A stretch of 64,000 nucleotides of DNA from Oculina patagonica (Eukaryota), in NCBI RefSeq assembly GCF_052425735.1, contig NC_135761.1, positions 39,184,001-39,248,000 of the forward strand, in the 5' to 3' direction. Under the pieces are notes generated by a model that saw nothing but the letters and a program-made list of their open reading frames with translations, ran no database searches and was not told the DNA's origin. Below, piece by piece: positions 26,470 to 39,169 of the stretch; within the stretch, counting starts at the first letter, position 1; each line of letters starts with the position of its first letter. The position numbers and the translations under genes are program-made.

Positions 26470-27533
26470 CACGTACGTTGATGTCACTCTCGACTAAAAC
26501 CGGAGAACACCTCCAACACAAAAGAAGGAAATGTACCGTTGTATGTACACAAGCAGTCTAACCACCCACCCTCTATCCTAAGAAACATCCCTGAATCGAT
26601 CAAAAACGTCTTTCGCAAATATCTTCTGACAAAGAATGTTTCGACGAGGCCAAAAGCATTTACCAAGACGCGCTTAACAAAAGTGGCTATGAATACACCC
26701 TGTCTTACAAACAGCACAGCTGCTTACACAGCTCCCGATGCACCAAAAGCGAGAAGAAATCGGCAAAGGAACATAACATGGTTCAACCCGCCATACAGCC
26801 AAAATATGGATACCAAAGTCGGCAAATGCTTTCTTTCACTCATCGATCAGCACTTTCCAAAAACCAGCCCTCTTCACAAAATCTTTAACCGGAACACTCT
26901 TAAGCTGAGCTATAGCTGTATGAGCAACGTTAAATCTATAATCTCTAGCCACAACAAAGCTCAAATTAGCAAACCTGTTAATCCATCCAAAGAAGTCAAC
27001 AACTGCAATTGCCGAAAAAAGAACTCTTGTCCACTTGAAAGAAATTGTAAAGAGCGGAACATTATTTATCAAGCAGAGGTCACCACCCCTCAGTCAAAAG
27101 AGGCCTACATCGGTCTTTGTGACACGACATTCAAAGATCGTTACCGAAACCATACATACGTTACCGAAACCAACGGTACAAGAATGCAACCGAGCTCAGC
27201 AAGTATATATGGAGTCTCAAGGACCGGAAAATCAATTACGAGATAAGATGGCCGAAAATAAGACAAGCACGATCGTATTCTAATATCAACAAAAAATGTA
27301 ATCTGTGTCTTTGTGAGAAATATTTTATAATTTGCAAACCAGAAATGTCAACACTCAATCATAGAAATGAACTGACTTCGATCTGTAGACACTCTAAGAC
27401 ATTCTTGTTAAATACCGTGTTGGCTTAATATAGATTTTTTCCGTCCAATAACATCTTGACATGTCACGCAAGTACTCATTGTTCCCTATTTTCAAATTTA
27501 TATATCTTTTCATGTAACTGTTTTTTCTGGCAG

Positions 27534-27579
27534 TCGCCTGATGATTGCCTCGCATGAGGCATGAAACTCAGAGTAGCGA
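27534..27579 (+). ncRNA. Minimal type I hammerhead ribozyme
   Basis: TCGC-CTGATGA-tTGCCTC(gcat)GAGGCAt-GAAA-CTC(a)GAG-TA-GCGA: conserved core, stems I/II/III and a GUA cleavage triplet. Confidence 0.85.
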
Positions 27580-27750
27580 ATAAATGGTTTTGAATTAGTC
27601 CGACTCTACTATTCTATGTTGTATATATATTTATATATATGAATGTTTTATTGATCTTTTCTGAACGCTCAAGCTTGATAGCTGTAAAGTAGATGTCACA
27701 AGAATGTATTGCCTGCATGCATGTGTGAGTTATAATGCTAAGAAGCTATA

Positions 27751-27930
27751 ATGCTTCGTTCGTGTGCAGTTTATAAGTTCGTATGTGCAGGATATAATGC
27801 CTATTATGTCAGGGAAACCACCCAACATTTTTCCACACATGTATGTGAGCACTTAGCCAGTGTTAAGGCCTCTCACACTATCAAACATCTTCAGAATACT
27901 GAACGTTGTTACTCCTTGTGTTGTAATAAT
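27751..27930 (+). mobile_element. GIY-YIG fragment of a second Penelope family
   Basis: VYKFVCAG.NAYYV.ETTQHFSTHV.EHL..SH..KHL. Confidence 0.75.
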
Positions 27931-28184
27931 AATACTGATATCCGATATGTTTGATTGACATGTAATTTCATACATCAACCATGTTTCTGTATGATGACAC
28001 CCAGATAAACAAATGCCTTGAGCTAGTCAACACTACTTTTTTCATTTGTTTCCTACACCACATAAACCCGTTCATTAAACAAATCAATTTATTACATGGT
28101 GTCAGAAGTGGCCATGGTGTCAGAAGTGGCCGATCATGGAACAGGCGAAGCCTATCAGACATTTATAAATAAAAGGGAACCTCA

Positions 28185-28860
28185 CCTTAAACTGGCAAAA
28201 GTGGAAAAAAAGATTGGCGCTATTCACCAAAGATAAATAATGTACAGTCTTTCTACACACCATAGGAGAAGAGGCGCTTGAAGTGTATGACACTTTCACT
28301 TTCGCAGAAGGCTAGGAAAACAAAATAGAACCTGTCATTACAAAATCGAGGCCAAATGTTTCCCAAAAAAGAACGTAATGATGAACACTATCTGTTCTTT
28401 TCTTGTAGACAAACTGGCAGACCAATCGGCGTGTTTGTGACAGACCTTCAAAAAAAGCCAAGACCTGCAAATCTGGCACCCTTTACAATAGTCTTATTAG
28501 AGACAGGAGTGTGTGGAATAGACAATAAGAACGTAAAGCAGTGATTTTATGCAATGAGCTCACACAAGAAATTGCCATCAATTACATACGAGCCACAGAA
28601 ACAAGTACAGCCTATAAGACCCAAACTGTAGCACAAACAAACCCAGGTTTAGAAGCGGTAGCTGTAAATGTTGACAGCAAAAACAAGAAGCCAAAACAGT
28701 AAAGAGATCCCCACTGGAAAGCAGACCCAAAACAGAGAAAAAAATGTGGTCGCTGTGGTTCTTGTCACAAGCCAAGGAAATAAGGGAGTGCAAAGCACAC
28801 AGTCAAACAGGCAAAAAATGTCAGAGGAAAAAATTTTTGCCCACATTTGCCTTAACAAAA
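28185..28860 (+). mobile_element. Gypsy gag fragment, degraded
   Basis: FLHTIGEEALEVYDTF, FVTDL, LIRDR..CGID, CGRCG zinc-knuckle remnant. Confidence 0.75.
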
Positions 28861-28939
28861 AACCAAATTCTGGCAACCGAAAACTCCCTGAGGTCGAGCA
28901 GCAGTCAGTCACCAACGCCAACTCATTCACTGTAAACTA

Positions 28940-29075
28940 GACTAGTTTTTAAATTTTTAACTTAATTTTAAATTAGATTATTGTTTATAGTAGATTCTTA
29001 ATTTTTTAGTACATTAGAGAGGGCCACAAATTTATTAGTTGTAAAACTATTACGTGTAACCCTCTATAAATAAAG

Positions 29076-29134
<59 letters not shown>
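28940..29134 (+). repeat. LINE 3' UTR remnant with (GATT)n tail
   Basis: AATAAAGT followed by about 14 TTGA units (29077-29134). Confidence 0.7.
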
Positions 29135-29137
<3 letters not shown>

Positions 29138-31233
29138 TTCATTTCTAATACATATTTTAATATTGTTTTTAATCTCATTGTTATTTTTTAGTATTTACTG
29201 ACTGGCTGGCAAACTTACTGATGGACCAAACATGTAAACTTAGCAGATAATTTCTACAGCTCTGAGAAATGCCTGGTTAAATTGAGGTAATATAGAAAAG
29301 CCCTGATGCTTACTAGGTGCATTGCTCTTCCCCTTTTTTCTCTTTCAGGTGTTAGTTTGACATATAGCTCGACACCAAGATGTTAAAGAAAAACTGCAGA
29401 GGAGTTAATGGGCTTTTAGATAAACTGTGTACAAAGAGACTAAACACACTAAATTGAAGATGGGGGCTGCAAGGACTGTTATTTATGCAATAGTTAATAT
29501 GTTAAGGATACTAGACAAAGGTCTTTATTATTTACTCCATTATTCATGATCTCAATTCAACAACAGTTTTCCCACCTAATCTTAGCTACGACCTAGTTAC
29601 AGTGTTCTTTATCTGCATTTCTATTGGTTTTGTAATTGGACCTTTTAGCATCACCACGTAATGATGTCATAAACTTAGAAAACCTGAAAATTTAGAGATG
29701 CTTCAGATGATGGACAGATTCAGGAGTGCGAGTTGCATAGTTTCTCTGATGCTAGCCAAGAGAGTTATGGACAGTGTTCATTTGAAAAAGCAAAGCCATA
29801 CAGGTACTGAAGAAAACCAGATTTAGAAGGTTTTGTAGCTAGCGTAAATTGTTGTGTTAAACAAGGAAGCCACTGAGTTCTTTGTTTAAGGTTACAGTGA
29901 AAGGACTGGATCATTTTGGGTAAGCCTAAAAGGCTTGGTGCTACTCTTGCATACCCTTGGCATAAGTAAATGACTTTAAAACAGACTGAGAGCAGATGTG
30001 GATTGATTATACACAGGTTAACATGATTTACATATAATTTCCATTAGTCGACATAATATTTTTATGGATGTTTAAGATAAGCGATACATTTCTCTAGCAA
30101 GAAAGTGTTGTTCTTTCAAAAGTTTCGATGAAACTGCTACCTATGGTGTTGTGGCTTATAGTGTTGTCAATCAGCTATAGTGGATTTATTCTTGTTTATG
30201 TGATAAACACCATAGCGATGTTGTGAAGGCATCTGGGCATTTAATCAATCAAGGTATTACCATGATAATATCAAATACTTATTTAAATGCTGTTTTTATT
30301 TTCTTTTTTATTTAACTGTACAATGTTTTATTGGCAGGTGTGCTTAATTCTTGTACCAAGCCTTTAAAATATGGATCATCGTGTCAGGTGCTCGTCTTAA
30401 AGATGTTTCCATGTTAATCTTTAAAGAAACACTGAGATTTATTATTCAAAACAATTTATTCGCTACTTGGAGTTTTATGCCTCTCACAAAGCAATCATCA
30501 TGTTTTTACTCTCTGATTTGACATGTTTTTATTTCTAATACATATTTTAATATTGTTTTTAATCTCATTGTTATTTTTTAGTATTTACTGACTGGCTGGC
30601 AAACTTACTGATGGACCAAACATGTAAACTTAGCAGATAATTTCTACAGCTCTGAGATATGCCTGGTTAAATTGAGGTAATATAGAAAAGCTTTGATGCT
30701 TACTAGGTGCGTTGCTCTTCCCCTTTTTTCTCTTTCAGGTGTTAGTTTGGGATATAGCTCGACACCAAGATGTTAAAAGAAAAACTGCAGAGGAGTTAAT
30801 GGACTTTTAGATAGACTGTGTACAAAGAGACTTCACACACTAAATTGAAGACAGGGGCTGCAAGGACTGAAATTTATCCAATAGTTAATATGTTAAGGAT
30901 ACTACTCAAAGGTCATTATTATTTACTCCATTATTCATGATCTCAATTTAACAATAGTTTTCCCACCTAATCTTAGCTACGACCTAGTTACAGTGTTCTT
31001 TATCTGCATTTCTATTGGTTTTGTAATTGGACCTTTTAGCATCACCACATAATGATGTCGTAAACTTAGAAAACCTGGAAATTCAGAGATGCTTCAGATG
31101 ATGGACAGATTCAGGAGTGTGAGTTGCATCGTTTCTCTGATGCTAGCCTAGAGGGCTATGGACAGTGTTCATTTGAAAAAGCAAATCCTTACAGGTACTG
31201 AAGAAAACCAGATACTAAAGGTTTTGTAGCTAG
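29134..31233. repeat. Direct duplication of about 715 bp (29134-29850 and 30524-31233)
   Basis: Colinear, highly similar copies from TTTCTAATACATATTTTAAT to GGTTTTGTAGCTAGC. Confidence 0.95.
30445..30502 (-). ncRNA. Degenerate Penelope hammerhead relic
   Basis: Reverse complement ATGATGATTGCTTTGTGAGAGGCATAAAACTCCAAGTAGCGAATAAATTGTTTTGAAT matches 27538-27595. Core positions C3 and G12 are mutated. Confidence 0.75.
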
Positions 31234-31404
31234 CATTAATGTGAATAAAATATGAACAGAATTGCATAAGTAGTTTAATCCATATGTTGCAGGAAGAGGA
31301 AAATAACCAACCACATAATAAAAACATGGCCACTGGAATCCTCACCTCCAAGGTTCCAAAACAATGCTCAAGGCATGAAAGCATTTCAAGAAATAGTGGA
31401 CACA

Positions 31405-32064
31405 CTTCCTTTGGACTAGAACTATAAAACTGGAAAAAATACAAGAAAGAGGCCTCAGAGCAGTTTTTAAGGATAACAGCTCAAGTTATAATCAACTGCT
31501 CGAGAAGGCCAGACTGCCCACATTACTTAATAGACGACTTTAAGATCTCGCTATACTAATGTATAAAGTTAAACATAAGTTATGCCCCTATTATCTCTGT
31601 AATTTTTTAGCAATAACCCTAGTACGTATAACTTAAGACAATCTGACTTTACAATGCCTAGGTTTAACTCGGTGAAATACGGTAAGCACTCGATCAGATA
31701 TCTAGAGCCCAAATTGTTGTCAAAATTACCAAAGAGCATAAGAGAGGCCACATCTGTCAGCATTTTTAAGATGAACATCAGAAATCTTAACAATCTTGAT
31801 GCATTATTAGATGATGGGTGCAGAGGCTGTCTGCTCTGCTCCTCCTAAAGAATTTAGTATGTATTATTGTCTTAAATAAACCACTGTACATAGCCTCATA
31901 ACATATTTTAACTTAGATCTAAATTTAAATATTGTAAATAGCTATAGTTTTTTAGCATTTTCGTTTAGTTTAACTCTATTTTGTTATGTCCCCGTATTAG
32001 TGGGGGGAGTTTTTCCCATGTAGGTGGTTGATGACATTCTTAATATAGTTTCTATCTATCTATC
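31405..32064 (+). mobile_element. 3' end of L2/CR1 LINE with (CTAT)n tail
   Basis: KLEKIQERGLRAVF, LPTLLNRRL, MPRFNSVKYGKHSIRY. Tail TCTATCTATCTATC. Confidence 0.85.
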
Positions 32065-33706
32065 AACACAAGTATATGCTTCCACTTATACCAGAAGAAT
32101 TAAATTCCCACGTCTTGGCTGGTTTATTTCCACTTTTTGACTGTTACCAAAGCTAATTTTAATGACTGAATTCCCATGCACATGGTCGTATTTTCGTGCA
32201 ATCAACATGCAACCGTGACTGCCAAATACAGAGTTTGTAGCTTGACTTCAGAGCACATGGAAAACAGTTTGAAAATGCCTCCGAAGTTTGTCAATATTAG
32301 GAGAGTTATCCTAAAGCACAGAAGAGCAGCGAAATGTCCGTTCTTGGACAGGGATAAAAGAAGTGATTATATCTACAGGAGAGCAAGAGTTTGTGTCGTC
32401 CAAAGAAATATTTCAGGATTACACAAGTGTTGTGACCATGTGGTCTGAGCGTGACGGCCAAACCAAACACCTTATGAATGAGCAAAGTCTTTACCAGATA
32501 AGTCCTTACAAATGTTGAGAAATCGCTTTGGTTTCAGATCATATACAGTTATCATGTAAAAAGACACAAAATGGTTTCTTTTCGCAAGAAGTACTTCTGT
32601 TTTGTGTAGAATAATAGGAAAATGTGATTTCTCGGTAGTGTAGTAGAGTTCTGTTATTCTAGGTGCATTACACAAGCATGACCACAGGTCACGCCATTAG
32701 GGTAAACATTGCATTGCATTGTAATTGAGCCCTATAGGGCTAATATAACTTGTGGTCTTTCGACAGCATTTTGAAGTGTGTTTATGCATTGAATGTGGAG
32801 TCGTGGAGCTAACCCCCGCTCGTTACTGGAATAAACGCGTGAAAAATCCGTTTAAACTGTGTCCCGTGGTTTCTTACTAATCCCCACCGCTACAGTATCG
32901 TAACTTCAAAGTAGCAAAGTAAGCTTTCCTTTTGTTCACCAACTTAAGCACATAGAGATTGCGCAGTTTGTAAGAGCATATCCATCTAAAGCTTAACACA
33001 GATCTGAAAAGGTATAAAAGGAATAGCTTTGTTTGATGCTGGCAGCTTTTTGAAGGTTACGCCACTCCCCCAATCGAGGTAAGCAGCCATTTCCAACCTC
33101 TCCTTACGGATTCCTGTCTTAATACAGGTAATCTTTAAAAGTCGACAAAAGGATCCATATTATCATTGAAAAAATTGTCTATGATACGGACTCTCTAAAT
33201 CATGGCAACAGTGCTACTTTTGCCCACTGGGAGCAAATTTATATAAACTTAATTCTTTATTATGGACACTCTGCTGATTAGGTGACGATAATTTGTGTAT
33301 AAAAATATAATTTACTGTTTGTGGTTACAAAAATAATAACACTTTATTTAAGGGGAATGTTTTGATTTCTTAAGCTTCAAGATGTGTCTAGTGATCTGCG
33401 AGAAGCCAGGAAATGCGCCTTTACATCTAGGGACATAATAAGACACAAAATTGTATGCGAATACGTATGTGAAGTTGTGTGCCCGGAGGAATCTAAGAGG
33501 CGGAAAAACAAGTATTGTGAGCAGGGCCAAGTGTGCTCTCTTATGGTGCTGGACTGCGCAGGCATAACGTGAGTGCTGCTAAGTGTGTTGACAAAGTTTT
33601 TTTTTTTAAATTATGCTGTTTTCCTTAAGTGATATGAAATTCGAACACCTAGTCCTTCAATTTACCACACCGATAAGGTGGTTTAAATGGTCAAGATAAT
33701 ATGTTT

Positions 33707-34285
33707 AAAATTCTATAGTCATCTGAGGCTGGATTAGGAAGCAATGCCATCGCCCAAAGAATTAGAAAACACATGGATGAAAGAAGGAGATTTCAGATGT
33801 TTATTGAATTAATAAATAAGTCAGAAATTAAAATTCTGATGGAACCTTTGAAAGGTTTGCTATGCAGTATCTTACCAGGGTTATTTAAGACTGGTTCTTA
33901 TATGATCGCCCCCATCGTATTGGGAGATCATGAGAACCCATGATCACTTTGTTTGTCTTCATTTGTCTCAGTATCTGCAAACAATCAATGCGATATAAAA
34001 GAACAGGGTGAACATATGAGAACCAGCCTTAACATAACAAATCATAACTACATACAAAAACAAACAACTGTAGGCAAGGGAATAATTCTGTGTTGTTTTT
34101 TGCATCACTTCATAAGTCATTTCAATTTTAAACTAAGCGCTTAAAATTCTATCTATCTATAGTCGTCTAAGGCTGGATTAGGAAGCAATGCCATCGCCTA
34201 AAAGATTTGAAAACACATGGATGAAAGAAGGAGATTCAGATGCTTGAATGAATGAATAAATTAGTCAGAAATTAATATTCTGATG
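33707..34285. repeat. Direct duplication of about 135 bp (33707-33845 and 34158-34285)
   Basis: GGCTGGATTAGGAAGCAATGCCATCGCC...GAAAACACATGGATGAAAGAAGGAGATT occurs twice. Confidence 0.85.
33889..34028. mobile_element. 140-bp MITE at a TTAA site
   Basis: TTAA-GACTGGTTCTTATATGATCGCCC / GGGTGAACATATGAGAACCAGCC-TTAA. Confidence 0.7.
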
Positions 34286-34289
34286 AAAT

Positions 34290-34815
34290 CCCCTGCAAAT
34301 TGGCTTGACAGGAAGTTAAAAGAGAAAAGGGTGGAAGAAATCGCTCACGCAATTGAGGAAAACCATGGCATGATCCATAATGGCAGGCATGGTTGGCAAT
34401 AGCAGACATCACCAAGACCGATTTAGTAGGTGATAAAAACCTTATAATAAAGGAAAACTGGAATTAATGAGTGGACTACATCACCATGCTGCAGTTAAGA
34501 ATTTAAACTACAATATATTTAGCATTCAATGGTTTAAATGAGTTTGGGGGTTGCTTGCTAAGTTGAATATTTGACTGTATTGTTAATTTGTGATTTTGTT
34601 GTAACTGAAAACAGAAAATAAAACAAAAATTACGAAAGAATTGTTAACCAGTAGAACAACAGTTTCTAATTGTTGTTTTTGCACGATCAACATACCTGCC
34701 AGAAAAGCTCTGGAGAAAGCATGGGTCAATGTGTACTCAGCAAGCCTCTATGATGAGCAAGTTCGTTGCCTGGCGGCAAAACACAACACAGAAAACACAG
34801 GAAGCAGACAAATCG
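34290..34815 (+). pseudogene. ParB/Srx-like domain exons, degraded
   Basis: WLDRKLKEKRVEEIAHAIE, LELMSGLHHHAAV, VNVY..LYDEQVRCLAAKHN. Confidence 0.45.
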
Positions 34816-35289
34816 GGTAACTGCATGTCAGCAGAGGCTGAATTTTTTCACTAAGTTTTACAATTAGATTAAATTTAAAAAGCAGAAACAAGGAAACATG
34901 CGTGATAATTCCTGATAATGGGCGGTTTAATTTAACCCACAATACTTATTACATGATATGGGATGTATTTGTCTTACTTGACTGACCATGAGAGTGATAA
35001 ATGATCGTCGGAATGAGGATAAATTTGCACGTAGAGTTTTGTTAAGCATTTAACTTTGGCTCAAACATGATATGACAATTTAACAGCCTATATCTTTATA
35101 TTGACATTTTCTGGAACTACAAAATAGAAAATTTAAGTTTTTTTAGTCATTTATTTTAACATATGTTGTCTGTATTTCTAAAGCGCTTGAAGAGTTTACA
35201 GGATCCAACAAAGAACTGCTTTCTAGTTTAGGAACTTTGCCAGTTGAAGATCCCTGCAACAAAGACACAAGAAGAAAGACGACCCTGAG

Positions 35290-36310
35290 AAAGTGGTCTA
35301 GGGGTCACTGCTTTATTGTTAGTGGAGGAGGCCACATTGCAACTTAGCAGCCATTGTTTAAGTAAGACATTAATATTACTGGCGAATGCTAAACATTTGA
35401 GATTATTTCATTTTAAACAGTGCAATAATTATTACCTTGCGATGCTTTTGCTATAAACAGATCATAACATAACAAAACAACAACTTTACTAGCATAAGAT
35501 GAGTGCAAACATTACTACAGTAAAAACCCGCGTATAAGAACCTAGAAATTAAGAACCTCCTGGCAGAAATTTGCTTCCTCAATACCCCAAAAGGTTCTTA
35601 TATGTGGGGTTAAACTATTTTATTTATAATACAATAACTGTATTTTATCAAAAAGGATGTCTTTAGAGATCAAGAATTGCACAGGGAAGCTAAAAAATGC
35701 CAGTAAGTACCCCAAAATATAAGAACCTGTTTTGCCAAACTCTAAAAAAGCAGGTTCTTATACGCGGGTTTTTACTGTATTAGATGCCTTACTTTTACTG
35801 TAATTTTGGTTTTGTTTGTGACAATCATTATCTAAAGATACTTTACATTTAAAGTTGATGCCAAAAAAAAATTAAGAAAAAGTGATAGATAACACTGAAA
35901 TTCTGAGTGAGTTAATATTTAAACAATTTATTATATTTTTTAGGTCTAAATCACCTTCCCAAGTGATTTTAATAACACTGAGGTTTTTGTACAACACTCT
36001 TAAAAATCTGCCCCCTGAGCAATGGGAAGAAGTCATACTCTCTTATGACAACATGTGTAACCTGGACCAGCTTAAGGCATCCCGTAAAAAACTCCCCCTT
36101 CCCCGTCCCTAAGGTGACCAAAATAATAGACAGCCTTCACATTAGAAATCATAAGAGGGAATCCTGTAAGACAAACTTTGGTGAGAAGCTTAAAAAACTC
36201 AAAGAGAAACACCCTGACTTAAACACCATGGCTGCTGAACAGGTATTTGTATGGTTGGGTGGTTTCAAGAAGATACTGTGTGCCATGGATAAGTGTCGTC
36301 ATATTTTTTC
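35290..36310 (+). mobile_element. KDZ (Kyakuja-Dileera-Zisupton)-type transposase, intron-containing, degraded
   Basis: SRGHCFIVSGGGHI..QPLF / SKSPSQV, SYDNMCNL, IDSLHIRNH...C, NTMAAEQVFVWL..FKKI. Confidence 0.8.
35518..35777. mobile_element. Tc1/mariner (pogo/Tigger-like) MITE in the KDZ intron
   Basis: Perfect 26-bp TIR CAGTAAAAACCCGCGTATAAGAACCT; TA TSD. Confidence 0.95.
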
Positions 36311-36339
36311 CTGCACTGAATGTGGACTTATGGCGACTC

Positions 36340-36711
36340 TCGAGACAGCATATTACTACTGAAGGTCTACAACTTTTTCATTTACTTAATGGAGATGCCT
36401 TCTATCCCATCCGAACCTGGCCCACACACATTCAACAACTCTTCTGGAAAAAACCTGCAGGCGACAATGACTCTTTTAAACCTCTTTTATTTTTCATTGG
36501 CAATGGCTGTTCGCCTTATTTAATCGCAAAATGGATCCTAACATCGCATCATTGGAGAACACATGCCAAAGGAGAATAGCGGGCTAGACAAATTGACTTT
36601 GTTGTAAAAAATCTCACCTCAAAGAGCAGCATCTGGTTCTACTTTGACATTCATCATGATGAGTGGCTTTATTTGAATGGAGAGAAAAGAGAATTAAACA
36701 ATCAGTTACTA
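36340..36711 (+). pseudogene. Unknown protein fragment of about 120 aa with one in-frame stop
   Basis: EGLQLFHLLNGDAFYPIRTWP..FFIGNGCSP..W...GE*RARQIDF..WFYFDI..WLYLNG reads through a single TAG. Confidence 0.55.
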
Positions 36712-38279
36712 ATGTACTTATATTAATATGCCACATTCCTGTTTACCACGATCCATATTTATATTGTATAATTAAATTATTTACACCACACCGCTTTTCA
36801 TAGCTTGATTATTTATGCTGAATGTAATAAAACGAAAATAACACAAACTAACTAACCAAATATACCATCCCCATAGCTTAAAGTTATTTCCCAGCCCCTG
36901 GGAAAGGTTTCACACTACCACAAAACTCTACCTGTAAAGCCTCAACTGACCCTAGTGGTAAAAACCGCAAAAACATATTCCTGTCAATCGTAACATATGC
37001 CCTTTATCTCGACATAAGCTCACCTTTGCACTCTCCTGACCCCAGAAGTATAAACCACAAAGGCATTTAAGAACGAAAAAAAAATAGTTGTTTCCTTTAA
37101 TTTTACTCCCCCCTCCCCCACAATGCGGACCCTCCACCATGGGATTTCTCGTTTAAACCCCTGGGTACAGTTTCACACTACCCCAATAACTCAACGTGAA
37201 AACCGTTTACTGACCCCAGTAGTAAAAACTGCAAAGAGTTTGAAGAACGAAATATTATTATTATTATATTTTTTATTTTCTAATAAATTTTTTTATTATT
37301 ATATTATTTTTTATTTATTTCTCCCTTTCTTTATTTAATTTTTTTATTTGTTTTTTATTTATTTATTATTTTCCTCTTGTACTACCTTGTAGTTGACGTG
37401 GCTGCATTGCAGCTTGTTGGTCCCCCAACGTTAGTGCTTGATTTAACAACTACCATTTATTTTTGTTTATCGCCGACACCTCCCTACCCCACAGACACAT
37501 TACACTTTCCCATTTAGGAGAGGGAACCCATGTATTTGGGATCCCTTATATCAACACCTTTAAAGCTACAAAGGTTGCTAGTGAAACTACTGAGAAATCA
37601 ATTTTTTTTAAGGTTACACTGAACTGTGTTATAAGAAAGGAAGGAATCCAGTGCCCCCTAAAATCCATGGTGCTAACACAACATAATATTAAAAACAAAT
37701 CATGCAGTTTTCAGTACGACTTTTGTCACTATATACCTGTTGTAACACCCTGTAACACTATGTAACAACCTGTAACATCTTGTATCATCTGATTTTCATG
37801 TAAATCGTGCAAGCGCAAATTTAACTTATATACATTATGCCAGCACATGCCTGCAGTTTTGTGTAACAGGTAACACTGTTACAAAAAACCCCTAAAAGAT
37901 CTGATTTTTATCATGCATGATATACCAGATCGAATGTGGTTGAAGACCGCAACAGCAATATATGGGATCTGTAACTGCTTATAACCATTGCCACAGGACT
38001 CAAAAATGTGTTTGTTGTAGAAAAGACGGTCACAATGACAAGTTTTGTCAGGAGTTTGTTGGCTCAGCAGTAGTTCCAGAGAAATGGCGAAATACTGAAG
38101 ACGTCAAAGAAGGTTGCATTGAGCAACTTCATCGCATATGTGGAGGACACCATCTCTAAATTTTGTGCTTGCGCTTGAACTACCCTGTGTAGGTTTAAAC
38201 TGTTCTGCAATCAGGCGCTATGGGCTTGCAGACATCGTTTCACTGTTTGTGGAAGTTTCTTTAAGTGGTCAGTCAAAGT

Positions 38280-39090
38280 TGGTTTAACCTGTGTTTCATC
38301 AGACATCCCAGCCACAATGTAAATTTGTGAACTTCTTGGCCACATGGCATCTCAAGGATGTTCCCGCTGTAAGAAAATTTCACCCGTGGAGAGGGGCTCG
38401 ATTTTAGAGGTTTTGATAGAGAAAGCTGGCATCCTAGAATTTCTTCAGATCACAAGAATTCAGCATAGGAGACACTGGAAGAAACCAGCTCTGCTGCACA
38501 ACAGAGACTTTCTTTTGAGTTAGGTGCCAGGCACTCAGTTTTGCAAGAGCTAAAGTACTTTGACTGCATACCCTATTTTGTGGTGGACCCCATAGAATGT
38601 GTGGCGGAATGAGAAAAATGAGTTCCTTAGTGATGAGGACTTTGAAAGAATCCAAGAATTGGTTGATTCCATGACAGTTCCCCAAGATATAAGGCGTATT
38701 CCTCGAAAGATTACTTTAAGCTTCTCAGGATTCACGGCAGACCAGTGGAAAAATTGGACATCAGTTTATTCACTGTTTGCACTGTTTACCTAACGACCAC
38801 CTGCAGTGTTGGCATTTCATTGTCCTTGCATGCAAGACCCTAGGCAAGAGAGTTCTGACTGGCAATGATATTGAACTTGGAGACAGGTATCTGATGCAAT
38901 TTTGCAGAACATTTGAGACATTATAAGGAAGGATCTCGTCACTCCCAACATGCATCTACATGGACATTTAAAGGAGTGCTTAGTGGATTATGGTCCATTT
39001 CATTCCTTCTGGTGCTTCAGTTTTGAAAGGTTTAATGGTGTTCTAGGGGCTTATCACACAAATAACCGTTCGATAGAAATTCAGCTTAAG
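38280..39090 (+). mobile_element. EnSpm/CACTA transposase fragment
   Basis: CVSSDIPA..GH.ASQGCSRCKK, FTADQWKNW, TPNMHLHGHL.EC..DYGP.HSFWCFSFERFNG.LG. Confidence 0.95.
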
Positions 39091-39169
39091 ATCTCTTTTA
39101 TGCATAAAATCCTGTCCCCTATAGTGAACTATGCCCTCAATTATGAACTTCTACAGTTCCACTAGGATC

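Larger units (their letters stand above)
25200..27640 (+). mobile_element. Penelope-like element (RT plus GIY-YIG), interrupted by a solo LTR
   Basis: [82 protein letters not shown]. Hammerhead in the 3' repeat. Confidence 0.95.
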
